NCBI RefSeq assembly: GCF_001194135.2
Contig: NC_068996.1
Location: forward strand, 36,809,653-36,873,652
Source: Octopus bimaculoides
Taxonomy: Eukaryota
DNA length: 64,000 nt
Direction of reading: 5' to 3'
The first letter of the stretch is position 1; each line of letters opens with the position of its first letter. Positions 1 through 13,011 of the stretch are shown here, piece by piece. The notes beneath the pieces are model-generated. The model had not been told where the DNA came from, searched no databases, and worked only from the letters and a program-made list of their open reading frames with translations. The position numbers were made by a program, and so were the translations under genes.

Positions 1-94
1 GGGAGTTTCACATTTTCTTGCCAAACAACCACAAAGATGATTTGTTTATAGTGATCAAATATGTTTGTGTTGCACGTAAACTCATTTGTTCCAG

Positions 95-255
95 GCGCAT
101 AAGTGTGCCATACATCAGATGTTGAAATGATTGAAGAGCAACATGAAATGAAGTGTCTTGCTCAAGAACACAATGCATTGTCCAGTCTAGGAATCAAAAT
201 CACAATCTCATAATCATGAGTGTAACACCCTAACCACTAGACCATGTGCATTCAC
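95..255 (-). mobile_element. Second tRNA-headed SINE family ('gaaatgaagtgtcttgctcaagaacacaa' core)
   Basis: Reverse complement shows A-box 'tggtctagtggttagg' and B-box-like 'ttgattcc'. Related copies at ~5675-6050(+), 45380-45620(-) and 48780-49040(-). Confidence 0.75.
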
Positions 256-810
256 ACACACACTTGTTACATATATAAAACAAAGTTACAGACCTTCTCT
301 CTCATGAAAGTCTCTGTAAAATATGTCTTTATATTTGTAATGTTTGGAATGTCAAGAACAATATGCCATCATAAACATGAATGGCAGCTTCTCAAAGGTC
401 CTTGCTACAAACTGTTGTAAACAAGTGAGCAAAACCAGAGATACACTAAGCACTGACAGATTCTAACATTCCAGTTGTACAATTCTTATAGCAGAAAATT
501 GTATTGCCATCTAAATTAAGGTCTTCAATAGTATAAGTGTCTCCCAAAATGATTGGAAATGGTCTCCAAAGTTTCTTCTGAGACTTTGGAAAAAGGTATG
601 TTCCTGCATTACTCCCTAACATTCCACATCAACCATCAGTGAAAGCTACAACCAAACCTGAGAAACCTCCACTAATTCAACGATCAACCAAATACATAGA
701 CTGGGAAACAAAATCACTGCACCTAGGGACATGTGTGTGTGTATGCATGCAAGTTTTGTATGTGTCCATACATGTTCATGTGTATTTGTGCATGTGGATG
801 AGTATGAACA

Positions 811-920
<110 letters not shown>

Positions 921-997
921 TGTATGCATTTGTACGAATAGGTGATTGTATTTTTTCTTAATTTGTGTTGTACATTTTGCATATGTAAGTTCATGTG

Positions 998-1043
<46 letters not shown>

Positions 1044-1229
1044 TAAAGATAAAATTACTGTGCAATTACCTCAACCTAATTTACTCTACTCAGATAAAAT
1101 AATGTTTTATACTTAAATGCATTGTTGTTTCAGCACATGAATGAGATTATTAAAATCTACTTAACAATAATAAAAAAAGAAATCAGGGAAAAATAAATTT
1201 ATTCCAATTTTTACAAGCCTTAATTTTAA

Positions 1230-1421
1230 ACCTTTAGTTGCTATGTTTCTATCGAAACACACTGCCTTTGTTTTATTTGATTTTGAAAATAATAAAGAAT
1301 TTAGCAAAATAATAATAATTAAGCAGATGTTTGAAACAAATTAACATGAAATTTGAATGGACGGTTTTAATTTAGACCACTTTAAATGTGACAGTTTCAG
1401 TTTGGATGCTGACCAAAAGGT
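1230..1421 (+). mobile_element. piggyBac-type MITE, family 2 (degenerate)
   Basis: TTAA at 1226-1229 and 1422-1425; homologous to 10324-10528 and 27442-27637. Confidence 0.65.
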
Positions 1422-1425
1422 TTAA

Positions 1426-1628
1426 CCCATTCGCATTTAAATCAGCCATATTTGGCCCAACTATTGTACCTGTTTTATGTTCAAAATGGCTAGATCCAGC
1501 CTCTCACACCCACCTTCCAATGTTAGTCACATAATTGAAATCTCAATGCTACGAGATTATGCAGGATAAATTGAAAACAATGAATAAATAAGCATTACAT
1601 TGGACAGAGTAAGCTGAACGCTAAAAGA
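1426..1628 (+). mobile_element. piggyBac-type MITE, family 1
   Basis: TTAA|CCCATTCGCATT...GCTAAAAGA|TTAA; TTAA target and CCC-start TIR are piggyBac hallmarks. Confidence 0.75.
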
Positions 1629-1800
1629 TTAAACTGTTGCATTTGAAGTGTTTAGTTACTCTTTATAATAGAGAGCTTACAGATCATGATAAGGATTATG
1701 CAAATTGTACTATTAAGATTATAAAATGATAAACTGTAGAGTATTGAAAATATCACAGGAATTGTTAATCTGCAATATCAAATACTAAATAATGATTTAA

Positions 1801-2019
1801 CCCTTTAAAATTCAGATTACTTTGTCAATGCAATGCTGATTTATTCACATTGTTTTGAATTAATCATGCATTATCTTGTAGCTTCAAGATTTCGATGATG
1901 TAATTGCATATTCTTTGAATGACATTATAGTACTGGAGCAAGAGACTAGTTCTGACTGGTTTCAACATGAAACAAATGGAATATTTAGGTTGGGTATGGC
2001 CAGTTTAAATGCTAAAGGG
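1801..2019 (-). mobile_element. piggyBac-type MITE, family 1, inverted relative to 1426-1628
   Basis: TTAA|CCCTTTAAAATTCAG...AATGCTAAAGGG|TTAA; internal sequence is the reverse complement of the other copies. Confidence 0.8.
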
Positions 2020-2599
2020 TTAAAACAGATGTCACAAGCTTGAATATTCTGGTAGTTATTGAGAAAGAGATTGGGCTGCTATATTTATGACTTCTGCAGT
2101 ATGTAAATATAACAGAACCATGTAAAATGTGCTACAGGTTCAATAGGATACACTTTGCAAATTCTAAAACATTTGCCAACACTTCCAATCAGGCAGTTTG
2201 CCAGTGTGTATATTCTGTTGAGATCAAAGGTTTGTATTTCGACAAGTATCTACTTAGAGAATGTTGCAAATGGGCAAGTTCCTTGCTTCTGCATAACTTT
2301 TCTTGTCTTAGCTCACTGCAGAAAATACATCCTGTTTTACAAATTATTGACGGGGCAGTAGATCTTTTAAACAAGGGGAGGTCCTACAGGGGTATTTTGG
2401 TCACTTTTTCATACATTTTTAAAATTAGGGTATCCATTTCATCTCAGGATATTATGGAATGTTAACACGATTTGTCTTCTTTCTATCTCACTACATTTAT
2501 TTTAAATATGATGTAGCTTAGTTTCATTGAAAGTTCCTAAGGACAATTTGAGGTGGATGAATAAACTGAGTCTCAAGGAAATAGACTATGTTTTGCTAA

Positions 2600-2706
2600 C
2601 TATTTTTGGCTGAAAAACAGTGATTTCATTGGTGGTTTCACATAGAAACCAATGTCTACATCAGCTGCCTGCTCAACCAAACGACTTGAAAATATTGCTT
2701 GCTTTT
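2600..2706 (-). CDS. Candidate terminal coding exon of an unidentified gene
   Basis: Strong acceptor (T13-ATGTGCAG|); single open frame (E)KQAIFSSRLVEQAADVDIGFYVKPPMKSLFFSQK*. No family recognised. Confidence 0.35.
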
Positions 2707-2765
2707 CTGCACATAAAAAAAAAAAAAATCTGTACTATTTTAGCCTTATTCCACACTGTATACAC

Positions 2766-2891
2766 CAACTGTTCTCCATAACTGAATAACTTCTGTTTTG
2801 ACAGTTGCATGTGTACAAAGGTTACAGGATAACCAACAGAATTTCTCAGGCTTCCTCATGAGGTAATTACAAAGATTAAGGCTTGTTATAA
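2766..2891 (-). CDS. Candidate penultimate exon (126 nt, phase 1 to 1)
   Basis: Acceptor gagtatttcag|; ITSLNLCNYLMRKPEKFCWLSCNLCTHATVKTEVIQLWRTV; phase-compatible with 2600-2706, but only via a weak donor (GTGTAT) and a 59-nt intron. Confidence 0.2.
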
Positions 2892-3000
2892 CTGAAATAC
2901 TCAGTAAACTAATTATTTTTATTTGCATTGTTAGATATATTTCCTTACTTTTCTGGTCATAAATTTCTGGAGTTATTACATTTATTTTTTTGATTTTTAA

Positions 3001-3215
3001 GCCTTTAGCTTTTAAACTGGCCATACTCAGCTCAAACATTCTACCAGTTTTATGTTCAAACTGACCAGGTCTGGCCTTTCATACCTACCTACAATGTCAT
3101 TCTAAAAATAACCAATCATATCACTGAAATCTCAAAACTATGAGATAATGCATGATTAATTCAAAACAATGTGAATAAATTTTATGGTTGACACAGTAAT
3201 CTGAATGCTAAAGGG
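3001..3215 (+). mobile_element. piggyBac-type MITE, family 1
   Basis: TTAA|GCCTTTAGC...AATGCTAAAGGG|TTAA. Confidence 0.8.
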
Positions 3216-3969
3216 TTAAAGTAAAAATTGTAATAGTGTTCACACTTATAGCATTTACATATCATCATCATTATCATTTAACATTTGTTTTACATACTAG
3301 CATGGGTTGGTTGGCTAGGCAGAAGACTGCACCAGGCTTCATTCACTGCCTGTTTTGGCATGCTTTTTACAGATGGATGCTCTTCCTAACAACAACCACC
3401 TAACAGAGTAGAGTTACTGCTATTTTACGAGACACAAAAATTGGTGAGTGAAAAAAAAAAAAAAAGATTGAAGTAAATTTTTTTACTGATCTAGAATTCA
3501 AGTTTCAATGTAAGATAATGATGAAATCAGAATAACTTCAACCAAATTAAAAACATTCACATCCAAAAGCAACAAGAAAAAAAAAAATGTTTTGTATTGA
3601 ATATAGGAGAATATCTCTGATACAAGTTCATGGATTAGAAAATGTTTCACATCACTGTTTAAGTTGAATGGTTCAGCAAACAAGATAACGGTAAAATAAA
3701 AAGGTTTCAAATTTCTATTTTTACACATTAATCTATCGAAATGAGAGATTACTGAAACAGCCTCACGTAGGTTTTGGCAAGATCGTACAGGAATGCAGTA
3801 GTGATGTGATATCAATTAGTTGAATTAGTACAGCTAGATCTAGCTTGGTCACCATTTCTATGACTATTATTTCTTTCACACTCAGATAACCACACCAAAA
3901 ATTGTCACAGTTGATTCCTTTTGGTGATCATAAATACATACAGCTTGAATTGATTAGTGTTGCATATTA

Positions 3970-4046
<77 letters not shown>

Positions 4047-4217
4047 GGTGCAGGAGTGGCTGTGTGGTAAGTAGCTTGCTTACCAACCACATGGTTCCGG
4101 GTTCAGTCCCACTGCGTGGCACCTTGGGCAAGTGTCTTCTACTATAGCCTCGGGCTGACCAAAGCCTTCTGAGTGGATTTGGTACACGGAAACTAAAAGA
4201 AGCCCTTCGTATGTATG

Positions 4218-4259
<42 letters not shown>

Positions 4260-7200
4260 TTAGTAAAGCCTGCATGAAGTATTGGCTGGTACACATTTTT
4301 TTTTTAAACCAAAACAATGCAAGTTATAAGAAATAATACAAGTCAATGGTTTTTCTCCAAAGGTTTCTTGAAGAAGGGGCCCTAACCCTGAAATACTGAA
4401 ATACAAGTTAAAACTACAAACCATCAATTTGATTTATTTCTTATAATTTGCATTACACTGGTTCCTATCAAATTGCTCAACTCAAGCCAATATGGAAAAA
4501 CGGACCTTAAATGATGATGATCACACACACACACACACATGCAAATATATATATCTGCATCTAATGACTGAAGCAAGTAAAAGAAAGAAAGAAAGAAAGA
4601 AAAAAAAGAAATAAATACATATATATTACAATATCTTGAAGCTGACAATTTACCATGGGGATTCATAATTTTTAAACTACATTCAGATTCAAAGTAGCTA
4701 TTAATTTTCAGCAATCACTCTCTCTATTAATTATGAGCCCTTTAGAAGATCAAGACAGCTGTAGGGGAAGAGGGACAAGTTCAGAGTTTTATCTTAAGTT
4801 TGATTTAACATTACAGGTAGTCACTTCAAGTAACAGATTAACACCTCACTCATTAATTCAATTTCGGTAAAATTGCCAAAAGTGAGTGCAGAACAAAAAC
4901 TTTTCTCTTTTTAAATCTAAAGTGTTAATTAATGGATAAATCTTTATGTTTTTACAATTAAAAGTTGTAGTAATTTATCCCTCTAACTCCAACATCTGCT
5001 TCTAATCTGTTTCTTAATATTTTTTTATTTATTTATTTCCAGTTTTTCACATGGCTTAAAATGAACCTTTATAAACGTAGATGATGCTAAATTTTTCCCT
5101 TTTTTTCTTCCAAATCAAAATATTTCCAATTATTAATTATTAACAACAGAAGCAGTATTAATATGAAAAAGTAATCTTTATATTCAACTTTATGAAATCA
5201 TGAGATCTTGGAGTTCTGGCACCCATGACAGATGATTCTTGTCTGCCATGATCTATGTGTGTACTTTTATGCACCAAGCACCTATATGAGAGGATCTCTC
5301 AAGGCTAATAACACAGCACTGGGTGTTCTAATGAGAGGTCCATGTTAAGTTGGGCATAAGGATTTCCAATTACAACTGATGATCAACTTTCATATTTTTT
5401 TTAGATAAGTTTACCTGATTAAATCATTCAAAGTCTCTTTGTACCATATCCTGTCTACTCCCTTTTGCTCCCTTATTCAAGCACTGAAATCTCTCTCATT
5501 CCAATTATACCCTATTGTAGATCAATCTCAAATCCCCAAATCAGCAAATCACACCCAATTAAATCACTGTAAGTACTTGATTACTATGAAGCACTCAATT
5601 TCCATTCAATGCTAAATATAATACAGCACACATTGCAAAACAGTTTACAAGGTAAATTAATCTTTACTGAAAATGTATGGCTCAGTGGTTAGAGTGTTGG
5701 GTTCACAATCATAAGATTGTAAGTTCAATTCCTGGACTGGGTAGCATATGTTTTTAAGCAAGGCAATTCATTTCATGTTGTTTCAGTCTATTCAGATGTA
5801 TACGAGTACCAACCTAGTTTTGACACAACTCTCTCTCTCTCTCTCCCCTCCATTTGGTACATCTTCAATGTTGTACTGGGTTAAGGGTGGGAGGGCTGAG
5901 AGAGTGTTTGTGCGTGCTTGCAATACATAGATATCAAAAACAATTGGGAAGTGCTTGGTACATGCTGCCAAGCTGTACTTACTCGTGAGTGACAACTGAA
6001 ACATCTAGATTTATATGTCTACCAGATCAAGACTGACCTGGGGATAAACGACAACATTGCACACATAAAAGTAATCATTAAGGCATCACAAACTCTTCTG
6101 CCTGTTTATTGCAAACTCTTTAAAATTCTAAATAAAATCATACGTAATTATTCTTGCCTTACATTCAGCCAATTACCAAAAGTAGCAGCAAATAATCTTG
6201 CTTTTCTCTTTCACATTCAGTTCCCTTAAATATATTATTAAATTATAAATTAAAATTCTTCTCTTTCGAATTCTACATAGTCTATTTGATTAATAAAAAA
6301 AGAAAGAAAAAAAAAAGTAGTGAGAATAATTAAGCTATATAAATAAATCATTTTTTTAATCATAATTTTAGCAGAAATTAAATTAAATAGTAAGAATAAA
6401 TTAAAATACAAAAGTTACAAATTAGTTTCATGTATAGAAGTAAAACAAAAAAAAAAAAAAAGAAAAGAGAGAGAGAGAGAAAAGGTTTAATAATGTTAAT
6501 AATACTAGTTATTTGCAGATATTTCTTGGACATTTAAAATAGCTTACAAATTAAGCATTTTGAGGTGGTACAACTATGGTAAAAAAAAAAAAAATAATGA
6601 ATCCTCAGGATTTAATATAGGTGTAGATTAATTAAGTATAATTGAAATATTCTGAGTTAAGAGGAGGAGAAGACCCAAAATAGTGTGCAAGAAATGGCCA
6701 CATTATATTACTGTATAAATATAGGCTTGGTTTTCCTGTATCCATTATTAAAATTCTCAAACTACACCCCAGACTTAAGGACCAGAATTTATATGCTCTC
6801 TGTGTGAAGCTTTACTGAAATCTGAGACCAAAGAGAATCTGCCACCCCATTAATCAGGGAGTGGGGGAGACACACAGACACACACACACACAAAGAGAGA
6901 GAATGAAGTAATATGCAGCAATGAACTAACAGCCAATTGATGCTTGTGTGATATTAGCAGTTTCCATTTCCAAGAAGAAATTCTCTTCACGCATGAGAAT
7001 AAAATAACAAGGTTGATGATTGAAACTTTAGAAAATAACAACATATCATGGGTGGAATGGAAGACAAGAGGAAAATCTATTCCTAAACAGGTTTTATTCA
7101 GAGACAAGCTTACACAATGGTAAACATACTGCTTTGATAATAAATACAAAATGCAGTGAGATAATGTATATTATTAGTATTAGCAGAGCAGTGGGGAAAA

Positions 7201-7850
7201 ACTATAGTTGTAAAATAGTGTCAGACAGAACTGTGTAGTAATGAGAATAAAAGTTATTTTCTATAATGTAGCCCCAGAAATGAAATAGAGATAATGGGTT
7301 AGATATGGGAACTGTGCTATGTTTGTGATATGACTTACGTATGTCCTGGGCCTACATGGATTATATTACCAAACGGCAGCAATTGCAATTCTTTGTTCCT
7401 GTTTTCTCAATTTATTTGCTAAGCCTAAAGTAGATTGTTCATTAGCTCCAAACCAAGACTAATTATTTTATTAAAATCAATAATTAATATGACCTGTGCA
7501 CACCCACATGTACACATACTTTCATTACCACCAACTGCTACATATGGACCAAAAATGTTTTGTTGGTTTTTCTTTATTTTGTGTGTATGCATCATTATCA
7601 TCATCTTCATTTAATGTCTGTAGTCCATGCTGGCATGGGTTGGACAGTTTAACTGGAGTTGGCCAGCTGAAGGGATAGATGCCTGGGCTCCATGTTTATT
7701 TTGGCAAGATTTTTACAGCTGGGTGTCTATATGTATCAATGTGTATATGCACATACACACACACACAATTTAAATAAAACTGCTACTTAATATTTCTAAA
7801 CCTGGTGAAAATATTAAAACAATTCTTTTTCAAATAAATATATCTTCTTA

Positions 7851-7880
7851 CTGGTTTGCATTTGAAGCATTTGCGAACAA
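7851..7880 (-). CDS. Candidate 30-nt micro-exon
   Basis: ttctaacttcag|ATTGTTCGCAAATGCTTCAAATGCAAACCA|gtaaga; all three frames open. Coordinates approximate to +/-1. Confidence 0.2.
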
Positions 7881-7934
7881 TCTGAAGTTAGAATTTTTTA
7901 TCATTAAAAACTATAAAAATAAACAACAAAGTCA

Positions 7935-8320
7935 TAGTAAGTTTGCTTCGCAACCACAAGGTCCTAGGTTCAGTCCTACTGCATGGCACCTTGCGCAAAT
8001 ATCTTCTACTTTAGACTCAGGCTGACCAAAGCCTTGCCAGTGGATTTGGTTAGATAGAAACTGAAAGAAGCCTGTTGTATGTGTGTGTGTGTGTGTGTGT
8101 GTTTCTCATATCTTCATGTCTGTGTTTGTCCATCACCACTGCTTGACAACTGGTGTTGATGTGTTTACATCCCCATAACTTAGTAGTTTAGCAAAAGAGA
8201 CCAACAGAATAAGCACCAGACTTTTAAAAAAATAAATATTGGGGTTGATTCATTTGACTATAATTCTTCAAAGTGGTGCCTCAGAATGGCTGGAGTCTAA
8301 TGACCGAAACAAGTAAAAAA
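7935..8320 (+). mobile_element. Bipartite SINE copy
   Basis: Same layout. Other full or partial copies: 4047-4209(+), 10835-10940(+), 12280-12495(+), 29290-29690(-), 35075-35225(-), 38755-38905(+), 39865-40025(-), 40180-40498(-), 43205-43300(-), 45040-45180(-), 45620-45730(-), 52995-53440(+), 53905-54250(-), 58340-58770(+), 59295-59450(+). Confidence 0.85.
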
Positions 8321-8503
8321 AAAATTTATTCAAGGGACAATCTACGTGGTCAATATCACTATGGAATGATATGACCTTGGATACTCCCTGAAGAATACCC
8401 CAAGGCTATACTGTTCCTTTCAGCCATTTCCAATTACTGCCATACTAGGTTCCCAACTTTTGGTAGTTTAGCTATTATGATACAACACTATTGTATTATT
8501 TTA

Positions 8504-8551
<48 letters not shown>

Positions 8552-10323
8552 GAACTGGTTAAATCAGCTACATGGTATCAATCCTTGCAATTTTCACCTT
8601 GTGCTTACTTAAAAGAAAAATGTTTCCACACATTAACAAATGAATCGCTTTTGAATTATGCAATATAAATGTTACCCAAGTTATATTATAAAGGCACAAA
8701 ATGCTATATTTCTATATATTTATTTATTTAAATTTAAACATGCCTCAAATCAAACTAAAAAGTTACATAGATAACTGAAATATTAGGAAAAAACCATTTT
8801 CCCCCCACTAGACTAGTAAAGCCTGAAAGATTTACCAAGTAGTACAACCCACCCAACACAATATTTTCAAGATCATGTTTCTAACAAAATCATGTTCATC
8901 CTGGCAGAGTAACGTACCACTAGTCCCTCTTAAAGATGACAGATGACTTGTACACTGACTTCGTTTTAAGTGGCAATGAGTTGCACACCACCACCCTCAC
9001 TCTCAAATTAGTAACCATCTTCAATCCTGTGGCAAAATCAGGTCAAGACAACTGTAGAAGGAGACAGACGCAGTGGATGACCAAGGTGTTCTACTTGCCT
9101 CTCTACACTCCACAATGTATTAGAGTAATTTATTTAGTAATCTAGTTAAATTTAATATTAATTAGACTAAGCTAGTGTTCAGACCATAGTAGACCATTCT
9201 TACATGATATAAAAGGCCTAATTTTAATATTATTCAAGAGGCCACAGCTGTAAAAGATGCATCTCACAATGCTGTACAAGGAATTTCTGTCTCTCATAAG
9301 CTTTGGTAGATCCTCAATTTCAAATTAAAATTCAAACACACAACAGCAACTGAAATATGAACTCTTTAAATGAGACAGTTTGGCATCATAGAATGAGAAG
9401 TTGTGGTCTCAAAGTGTGTTTGGTACCAATAAGTTAATCTGGTATATATTTTTTGTTTGCAAAGTGACTTTCAGCTGTCTGTGCAGGTTACTAAACATTA
9501 CTTGATTAGTGTTATATAGTTGTTTTTAGTAACACCTGATGATGTCCTGACCTTTATATGACCAACAAATAATTAAGTTGTCTACAATCAATAAATCATT
9601 AAACCCCAGAAGCATTTTCTAATAAATGAAGACGGGAATGTTCTAAGACATGAACAGAAAATAACAAGCAATTACTCATTGAAAAGAAATATGTGAAATA
9701 GCCTCACAGCAATTTTAAACATTATTTTCCATTTACTTGCTTTATTTCAAGTTTTCAATTTTAATTTGAAGGCACAGGGTTAAGGTTAATGGTTAACTTT
9801 AGAATGGATCTATTTTCCAGCCAGTTAGATTTTAGTTGCTTCGTCTAAATACATAGAACAATGTAAGACTGTTTGAAATTATGAGATATACACTAAGAGA
9901 CTACTTCTAGATTTAATCTTCTAGTAAAACAAGAGTCTTTGAATAAATAATATTGGTTACATAGATCAGCGGTTCTTAAACTGACAGATATTGGTACCTC
10001 ACCAAAATATTAGTGAAATTTTTTGGTCCTTCCCTCCTTCTTCTTTAATGAGAAGACATCTGGTTTGTGTCTACATCATTTTTAGTCAAGAAGTTTAAAA
10101 ATCTTAAAAACCCTTGCAATTTTATTACACATAGCAATTTGTCCAGCCACTTTTCAATCCTCAAAAAGCTCCTACACCCTATGAAAACCTCTTGGGTAAG
10201 GTGACAAACAGATTAAAAGTTTTTAGATAAATCCTAATAGGAATGTATGTGAAACTACAAACAATACAAAACAGGAAAGCTAGCTCAATCAAAGAAGGTA
10301 AAAATATCTTGCTAAACCATTAA

Positions 10324-10528
10324 CCCTTTTATTACCATATTTCTTCCTTTGTTTCAATTAATTTTGAAATTAATGAAGAATTTAATGAAATAAGCTCGTC
10401 ACTATTAAGGTGATGTTTGGAACACAACATAAAAATTTAATGAGGAATCTTAATGTAGATCACTTTAAGACAGGGAAGTCTGTATTATAGAATCAGAGGT
10501 GGTCCTAGGTAGGTTGGTATCAAAAGGC
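10324..10528 (+). mobile_element. piggyBac-type MITE, family 2
   Basis: TTAA|CCCTTTT...CAAAAGGC|TTAA. Confidence 0.75.
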
Positions 10529-11025
10529 TTAAGATCAATTAGAGCTCTTAATCTTAATTTCGGGATTAGTTGATACAGCTAACACCTCTCACCTACTGAT
10601 TTTTGATATTTCTATCATAACATTTCTATATATTAACTCTTATGCCTGTAAAGCAGAATTAACAGTCTCAGCTACAATTAGGGTAGATAAAGAGAAAATT
10701 ATTGGAGTGTATTCGCATGAAAGGTGGTACAAGCAAAAGCAAAGACTCAGTTTTTGGTATCGTAGCAGTAGAATTAAAGGTAACTAACTTAATCTCAGGA
10801 ATAGATCAGTATGACAGCCCCTTAAAAAAAAAAAGCATGGCTGCGTGGTACCTTGGACAAGTGTCTTCTACAATAGCCTTGGACTGAGCAAAGCCTTGTA
10901 AATGGATTTGGTAAATGGAAACTGAAAGAAGCCTGTCATGTATAAATCTATACTATATATATAAAACAGAGATGTGTGTGTAATCGCTTTTCATGTGAAA
11001 TCTACTTCACCAAATGCTTCCATAC

Positions 11026-11073
11026 TTGTGATGCGTGAATAATTTGATCTTTGATAAATCTTAGGCTCTTCAT
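11026..11073 (-). CDS. Candidate first coding exon downstream of the ETS/CRE motif
   Basis: tcaaATG context; MKSLRFIKDQIIHASQ|gtatgg. Unidentified. Confidence 0.2.
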
Positions 11074-11150
11074 TTGATTTTTTTAATTAAAAATAAATAA
11101 TATTGCTTTATATTTAAGATTCACTTTTTTAAAAAGGTTCCTCAATGTCA

Positions 11151-11169
11151 ACTTCCGGTATTGACGTAA
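11151..11169. promoter_or_regulatory. ETS-like (ACTTCCGG) plus CRE/ATF-like (TGACGTAA) composite motif in a CpG-retaining patch
   Basis: Sequence 'acttccggtattgacgtaac'. Adjacent ETS and CRE sites are typical of animal housekeeping promoters (established); function here is inferred. Confidence 0.35.
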
Positions 11170-12024
11170 CAACGGCAAAAAACCTTCACTCTCTATTTTG
11201 TGTGTTCGTGTGTATGAGAGAGAGAGAGAGTAAATACTACATATACACCGCTCTCTCACTCTGTCTCACATNNNNNNNNNNNNNNNNNNNNNNNNNNNNN
11301 NNNNNNNNNNNNNNNNNNNNNNNNNNNNNNNNNNNNNNNNNNNNNNNNNNNNNNNNNNNNNNNNNNNNNNNNNNNNNNNNNNNNNNNNNNNNNNNNNNNN
11401 NNNNNNNNNNNNNNNNNNNNNNNNNNNNNNNNNNNNNNNNNNNNNNNNNNNNNNNNNNNNNNNNNNNNNNNNNNNNNNNNNNNNNNNNNNNNNNNNNNNN
11501 NNNNNNNNNNNNNNNNNNNNNNNNNNNNNNNNNNNNNNNNNNNNNNNNNNNNNNNNNNNNNNNNNNNNNNNNNNNNNNNNNNNNNNNNNNNNNNNNNNNN
11601 NNNNNNNNNNNNNNNNNNNNNNNNNNNNNNNNNNNNNNNNNNNNNNNNNNNNNNNATGTACGTATACATGACAACAAACCTCTCTCTCTCACTCTCACAC
11701 TGTCTCTTACAAACACACACATACATAAATGTATATAAACATATTTACAAAGACACACGTGTGTATGCGCGCGCGTGCTCTGGTATTGACGTAACAACGG
11801 CAAAAAAGCTTCACTCTCTATTTTGTGTGTGACTGTGTGTGTTCGTGTGTATGAGAGAGAGAGAGAGTAAATACTACATATACACCGCTCTCTCACTCTG
11901 TCTCACATACATACACATGCACACCCCTTGACTCACTCACACTCTGTCTCTTACAAACACACACATACATAAATGTATACAAACATATTTACAAAGACAC
12001 ACGTGTGTATGTGCGCGTGGGGGG
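11156..12024. repeat. ~240-bp tandem unit, at least 2-3 copies, bracketed by gaps
   Basis: 11156-11271 matches 11782-11907; 11700-11776 matches 11945-12018. Confidence 0.7.
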
Positions 12025-12229
12025 NNNNNNNNNNNNNNNNNNNNNNNNNNNNNNNNNNNNNNNNNNNNNNNNNNNNNNNNNNNNNNNNNNNNNNNNNNNN
12101 NNNNNNNNNNNNNNNNNNNNNNNNNNNNNNNNNNNNNNNNNNNNNNNNNNNNNNNNNNNNNNNNNNNNNNNNNNNNNNNNNNNNNNNNNNNNNNNNNNNN
12201 NNNNNNNNNNNNNNNNNNNNNNNNNNNNN

Positions 12230-12279
<50 letters not shown>

Positions 12280-12963
12280 GTGAGTGTCTTTGTCTGTGTT
12301 TGTCATCCCACCATCACCTGACAATTAATGTTGGTGCATTTACATCCCCATAGCTTAGCAGTTCAGCAAAAGAGCCTGATAGAATAAGTACTAGGCTTAT
12401 GAAGAATAAGTCCTGGTGTTGATTTCTTCAACTAAAACCCTTTAAGGCAGTGATCCAGCATGGCTGCAGTCAAATGACTGAAACATGTAAAAGAAATAAT
12501 GATAGATGTAATGTTGAGCATGACATAACAGAGCAACCAGAAAAGTTTGTCAATCTCAAATCTAACATGGTTAGGTGGTGTTTAATTCTTGGTTAATTCC
12601 TGATGCAAAGGTCTTCCAGTTATGTGACAATCTTTTTATTTTTATTTTTTAGACATGACATTGTTCAACATGTCTTTTTCTTAAGATGACAGGTTTTGGT
12701 GAGAGAATTCAGCAGCTATTTCTAGCAGATTGGGCAGCTACATAAAACCTATCATTGGTAGTAATTTGTGTAGTCATGTACATTGTTGCCAACAACAAAG
12801 AGCTTCTTTTTAATATTACATTAAGTGTTATTTTATCATTGTAATAATTTATGAGACAGGGAGGAAGAGTCCATAAACAGCATCACATAAGTGAACTTCA
12901 TTAGAGCTAAGTAGACTTGCTGATCAATAACTATAAAGAATACAAAAAGTGAAGCTACCTTAC

Positions 12964-13011
12964 AGGGTTTAGAGACCAAGTTGGATAATAAATAGAAGTG
13001 TCAGTTACAAT
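12964..13011 (-). CDS. Candidate 48-nt internal exon
   Basis: gtcttttcag|ATT...CCT|gtaagg; only phase 0 to 0 is open: IVTDTSIYYPTWSLNP. Confidence 0.3.

Noticed and set aside
2127-2465. 112-aa plus-strand ORF in unique sequence
   Set aside because: No recognisable motif, weak splice context; compatible with chance.
4047-4120. tRNA-like A/B boxes
   Set aside because: SINE heads; no cloverleaf or acceptor stem supported, so no tRNA gene called.
8880-9350. Higher-complexity block with a 69-aa ORF
   Set aside because: Probably an interspersed repeat, but there is no second copy, TIR or motif in the window to support a call.
12850-12930. Strong minus-strand acceptor with frame IDQQVYLALMKFTYVMLFMDSSSLSHKLLQ*
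   Set aside because: Only 33 nt from the donor at 12963 and phase-incompatible with that exon. At most one of the two is real, and I cannot tell which.
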